Shown here: positions 59,511 to 64,000 of the stretch, piece after piece
How the letters are laid out: every line of letters starts with the position of its first letter
Numbering within the stretch: the first letter of the stretch is position 1
From: the human T2T-CHM13v2.0 reference genome, Homo sapiens
Direction: 5' to 3' (one strand)
Assembly: GCF_009914755.1 (NCBI RefSeq)
Contig: NC_060926.1
Length of the DNA stretch: 64,000 bases
The notes under the pieces: generated by a model
Database searches by the model: none
Told to the model about the DNA's origin: nothing
Seen by the model: the letters and a program-made list of their open reading frames with translations, nothing else
Made by a program: the position numbers and the translations under genes

Positions 59511-62500
59511 AAGGGTGATGTCTTCATAAGGAAGGAGGAAATTCTACCGTCAAAATCAGGGCTTTCAAAGAAAAAGAAGAGAACTCTATTAGGCATAGTT
59601 TTCCCTATCAGACATTCTTATACATCCCTCTGCCAAGTGTCCGATGAGCTTAAAATAAATCTCTGACTTCTGACTTTTCAGTGAAAATACACTTATTTTT
59701 TGTAAGGTTGAGCATAAGCCACTTCGAATAGAATGCGTGAGAGGCAAGGAGTCAAATATTGTTAACCCGTTTGTCACTTGACTTTGCTGAATTCCTTTTT
59801 TGTTTGCTTTTTAGGATAAAGGAAATTGATGTGTTTAATTAATAACAGGTGTTACGAGACACCCTAAAAATAGCTTTTGAAACCTCAGGCTATCGTTCCT
59901 GTGAGTTTAATACTGATTTTATTTCAGTATCTCCATAGTTTTTCTAATGTTTTTATCACCACATTAGGGACTTACCTTAGTCCTCTCTATGTGTTTTTAA
60001 AGTTTTTTTTTTATACGAATCCTTATCAGTATTTAGGTATTATCCAAAACAAGCATTTCCCAAACTTCAGTCATTTGTGCAAAACCTTAACAATTTTTTT
60101 CACGTATTCATCCTATGGCTTTTCTCCTTCAATTATTTTGTCATATCTGATTGTCAAGTCTACCACTATGCACATAATATTTTGTTTAAATGGACTTGCT
60201 TTTTTCAAAAAACAAAAACATTAAGCTAGTTCATTTTCGAAAGAGACTTTATTACATAAGTGAAAAATACCAGTTTTGCTTACAGTAAACGGAAGGTAAT
60301 AGCAAAGAAAAATAAAATGTGAGCTCTTAAGTTAAATTCTACTCAGAGGGTTCAGAGTCTTCTCACCTTTTGTTAAACCAGAAGGTTCAGCCCATGATGG
60401 CTGATGTTAAAGACATACTCAGACCCACGCAAGACTTGCTTAGATATAGAAAAATAAAAACAACACTTTCCTTGCTATGTGATTGAGGATATTTAATGCA
60501 ATGTCTGGGTATCTCGTAAGGTCATCTCCTGAATTTCTGGGGCACTTCAAAGGGCTATGATATGGCCGCACTCCAGGCTCTTGTGGGAATGACTTTGGCC
60601 TGTGAAGAGGCTGCCTTCCCCCGTTAGTGTAGTAAATAGGGGCGAGTGCTTATTTCAAACAACTCTTTCTTTCCTTCAAGCTCTATAACCATTGCCTTCA
60701 CTCCACTATTCAGAGATAGGGGATAGTTTAAGAGAATCCAGTGTCTCCTCAACAAGGCTTTAACATCTGCAGCTTGTGACATCCGTCACCACCTTTCCAT
60801 GGCATGCTTCCTGTATTAATTCTTCTTCTCTTTAATTAACGGTCTGATTCTTAAAAATAAACTTTACACTATGTGGATATGAGTGATCGTTTCCAGTCAG
60901 CAGAACAGAAGGCAATAACACTAGATCATGGCTGAACTCCCTCCAATAATACACTACCCGGCAGTCATGACAACAGGAAGTCATTTATCAGGCCCAGGTT
61001 TCTCCTATTTCATCTAGAAATATAAATATCTTATTTTTAATAGAGAGAAAGATGAGCTGAGAAGATGATGACGGATCAAGTGGATGACATCAGGGTCCAG
61101 CCAAAGCTTTTAAACATGGCATTTTTCAAATCATGGGGAAGGGAGAGCAGAGGGAGGAAGAGGAGAGAATATCAAACTGCATTTTACAAAAGCAGACCAA
61201 GCTAAAGTGATCACACATCACGTTCTTTCCCAAGTCTGAGAGGAAATCTGAAGTTTTTTCAGGTCTACTCATCCTATGATATTGTCACATTGCCGAGAAA
61301 TGGACTCACAGTCAAAAAGGATGGTTTGTTGGCAGTGAAAAATAGTCGATTCCTTACTGCAAATTCATTATGTTTTATCTTTACAGAAGAGCTTGTTGTT
61401 TCAGGAAAATAAGAAGTCCAGAGATAGAAATTGCTAAGGATGACCTAGGTTAAGTAAGAGAAAGGCTATCCAGGTATGTGCTAGTAAAATACAGGGACGG
61501 GTTCTGAACAGAATATTCCAGGATTTCATAGATGAGGGAGTGCAGATGATTTTCAGTAAATGTGCACGTGACACTAAGCTGAGAGTTTGGATCATATGTT
61601 TTTTAAAACAAACCATTTAATAAAATGTATTTTCCTAAAGAAAGAATACTTTGAAAAATGTGAATTGGGGAGGAAGAAGCTTGGAGCTGGGGTAATATTT
61701 ATGGTAATCTTTTCTTCCCCTATGGAGTAAGTATGCCTGTGGATAGAGTGATATCTTTCTAAGTATCTCAGCTCTCTTTTTCCTTTTCCAGGATTCTTGT
61801 ACTTAAAACATAAAAATAAACAAGCAAACAAAAGATGAAAAATTACCATGAGAGCTCCTGAGGGGAATCAAAGACGAGAGTTTTAGGAATTAATCTCATT
61901 CCACCATTTGCTATATTGTACCTGTTCCTAGTTTGCAAATAACAGAACTGCTGCAGAAGCTGGTTCTTAGCAGCTCTACATGGCCTGCAAATGAACCATG
62001 CTGTAGAGGGTAAAGGAAGACAGATAATAGTTATAGGAAACCTTCATTGTAGAAAGGAGCAGGGAGTTGCTGTTAAATTGTCTACTATTTTTTTTTTTTT
62101 GAAGATACTATGCAAAGCTTTTGGTCATAAAAACAGCCTCTAGCAAGCAATGCATTTTACATAAAGGAAACCTTCCCAGGAAGGATGGTTATGAATTTGA
62201 TTATAAGATCTTCTCTTTGCATAAATTTGGTTTAGCCTAAATAAGACTTGAAACATGAAACAATGTCCATGGAGTACAATTCACCAATTGTTACTTTTAA
62301 TTATGTTCACATGCATAATTCATAAATACACTGCATGGACAAGAGAGAAGAAAAGATAAGAAGGAACAAAAGAGATGAATTTTCCATCAAACAATTACTA
62401 TATAAATAGACAATGTATTTAATACATTAGTTAGCAAAGTGATTCTTTGTTCTTGCCAGTCTGGGGCTTAAAAACGTTAAAAGAATCCCCAAATTTAACA

Positions 62501-63789
62501 TTGTTAAATTTTGCTAATGTCTCCTTTAAATGAAATAAATAGGGATTATCCTTTTTATGGGGGAAAAAAAAGTAAAAAGTTTTCCTAAAATGTGGAGATT
62601 TCAGTATGGTTGACATATCATATCAAAATCTATAATATAGTAGATTCTAGTGTGACTTCTTAATATGAAAACATTTAAGAATGGCATTATTTTCTCCTTA
62701 GGAGGCCTCTCTCTCTCTCTCTCTGTGTCTCTCTTTTTTTTTTTTGGTGCTAGGTATTGTCATTTCATGTTGCTGTGAGGTATTTGCTTTGTATAATCTA
62801 GTTAACAGTACAGTATATGCATCATATTGGAATAAAAAGAAGTAATACAAACAGTGATGAAAGACATTACCAAAGAGTCTAAACTATTTCCCAACTCTGT
62901 AATATTTATGAAAGCATTTGATTTGGTACGGTCAATGATAGCCTTATTTCTGAGATGAAAAAATTAAATAAAATATTGGTTAGGAAATTATATGTTAAAT
63001 ACTGAATGCAAGCTTTATATTTAAGCATTCTTATTGCAAATTTTTTCAATGTAAAAAAAAACCTTTTGGTTGATGGTGCAGTTTTTAGAAAGCCTGATAA
63101 ATACTACCTCGTTTCCATGATCAATTTCAGAACCATTAGAGCTAGATACAGTCAGGGACATAGCAACCAAAATGTCAGTTCCATTTGTGGTAGAGCTATG
63201 GAGATCTTTGTCTTGGTTCAGGTATGTGGCAACAGAGTGCTCCTTAATACTAAATGTTGAGATAACACAGGTTTACCCACCCAGTTTCAAACAGCACTCC
63301 AACTGTGGGCTCCTTGCTAGTTCATCAGCAGGACTCACTTTATTAAATGTAGGTTCCTGAAGGAAGCAAGCAAAATGTGCACAGCTTGCAGACACCAAGC
63401 TACACCTGCTCAGATTCTTCTTCTAAACCCTCCAATCAGATATCTCACTCCTCCTATTTGGGGGCAGGTGTGGGTGGGTAAGGGAGGATGCAGAGTTATA
63501 ACCCAACAGAACCTCCCTCCATATAGAACTGTCAAGTATTTATTGTTAAACGCTGATATCCCTGCCATACAGGTTAACATTTTTACATATCATGCCTGCT
63601 TTCACATGGACAGAAACAATGTAAGTATGGAATTAGTGTTTGAACAGATAAGGGAATATCTACCCCTAATGATCTTATGGAAATCTGAATTTATTTAAAA
63701 TACAAATCAGCCTATATGCTATAGCCATGAAAGGAAACTTTCTGCACAGAAAATTTTTTGGCTTCTTATGATCAACATTCGTTGTTTAA

Positions 63790-63930
63790 TTTTCTTCTAC
63801 TAAAAATGGTGATGATAACAATGTGTATCTTATATAACTGTGCCAAAGATTAAATAGAATAATACACAGTAGTGCTTTGAAAAGTGTCTGGCTTACCAAA
63901 AGTACTTAAAAATATAACTGCTATTGTTGT
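63790..63930 (+). mobile_element. MIR fragment
   Basis: taaaaatggtgatgataacaatg...aagattaaatagaataatac...agtgtctggc...agtacttaaaaatataactgctatt. Confidence 0.55.
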
Positions 63931-63935
63931 AAATG

Positions 63936-63936
<1 letters not shown>

Positions 63937-63966
<30 letters not shown>
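63937..63966. repeat. (TCA)n microsatellite
   Basis: About 10 tandem tca units. Confidence 0.95.
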
Positions 63967-64000
63967 TTTTTAGCTCAGGTCAAGATCTGAAGATGGGTGA

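Overview
AT-rich primate (human-like) genomic DNA dominated by interspersed repeats: LINE-1 of many ages, Alu, MaLR/ERVL LTRs, L2, MIR and DNA transposons. I found no supportable cellular exon, RNA gene or CRISPR array; the ORFs in the track with recognisable protein content are L1/LTR/Alu remnants. Four structures stand out. (1) A single TSD-bounded L1PA insertion (460-3036) combines a 5' inversion with a ~390-bp 3' transduction carrying a MADE1 hairpin. (2) An unexplained ~130-bp-arm inverted repeat lies in apparently unique DNA (17578-18041) and has an unusual mismatch spectrum. (3) A fold-back hairpin with 41 perfect bp sits at the 5' end of an old L1 (54028-54176). (4) Two opposite-orientation Alus are inserted at the homologous TTTAAAA site of both LTRs of one MST provirus. 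Subfamily names come from recalled consensus sequences and boundaries of old elements are approximate.
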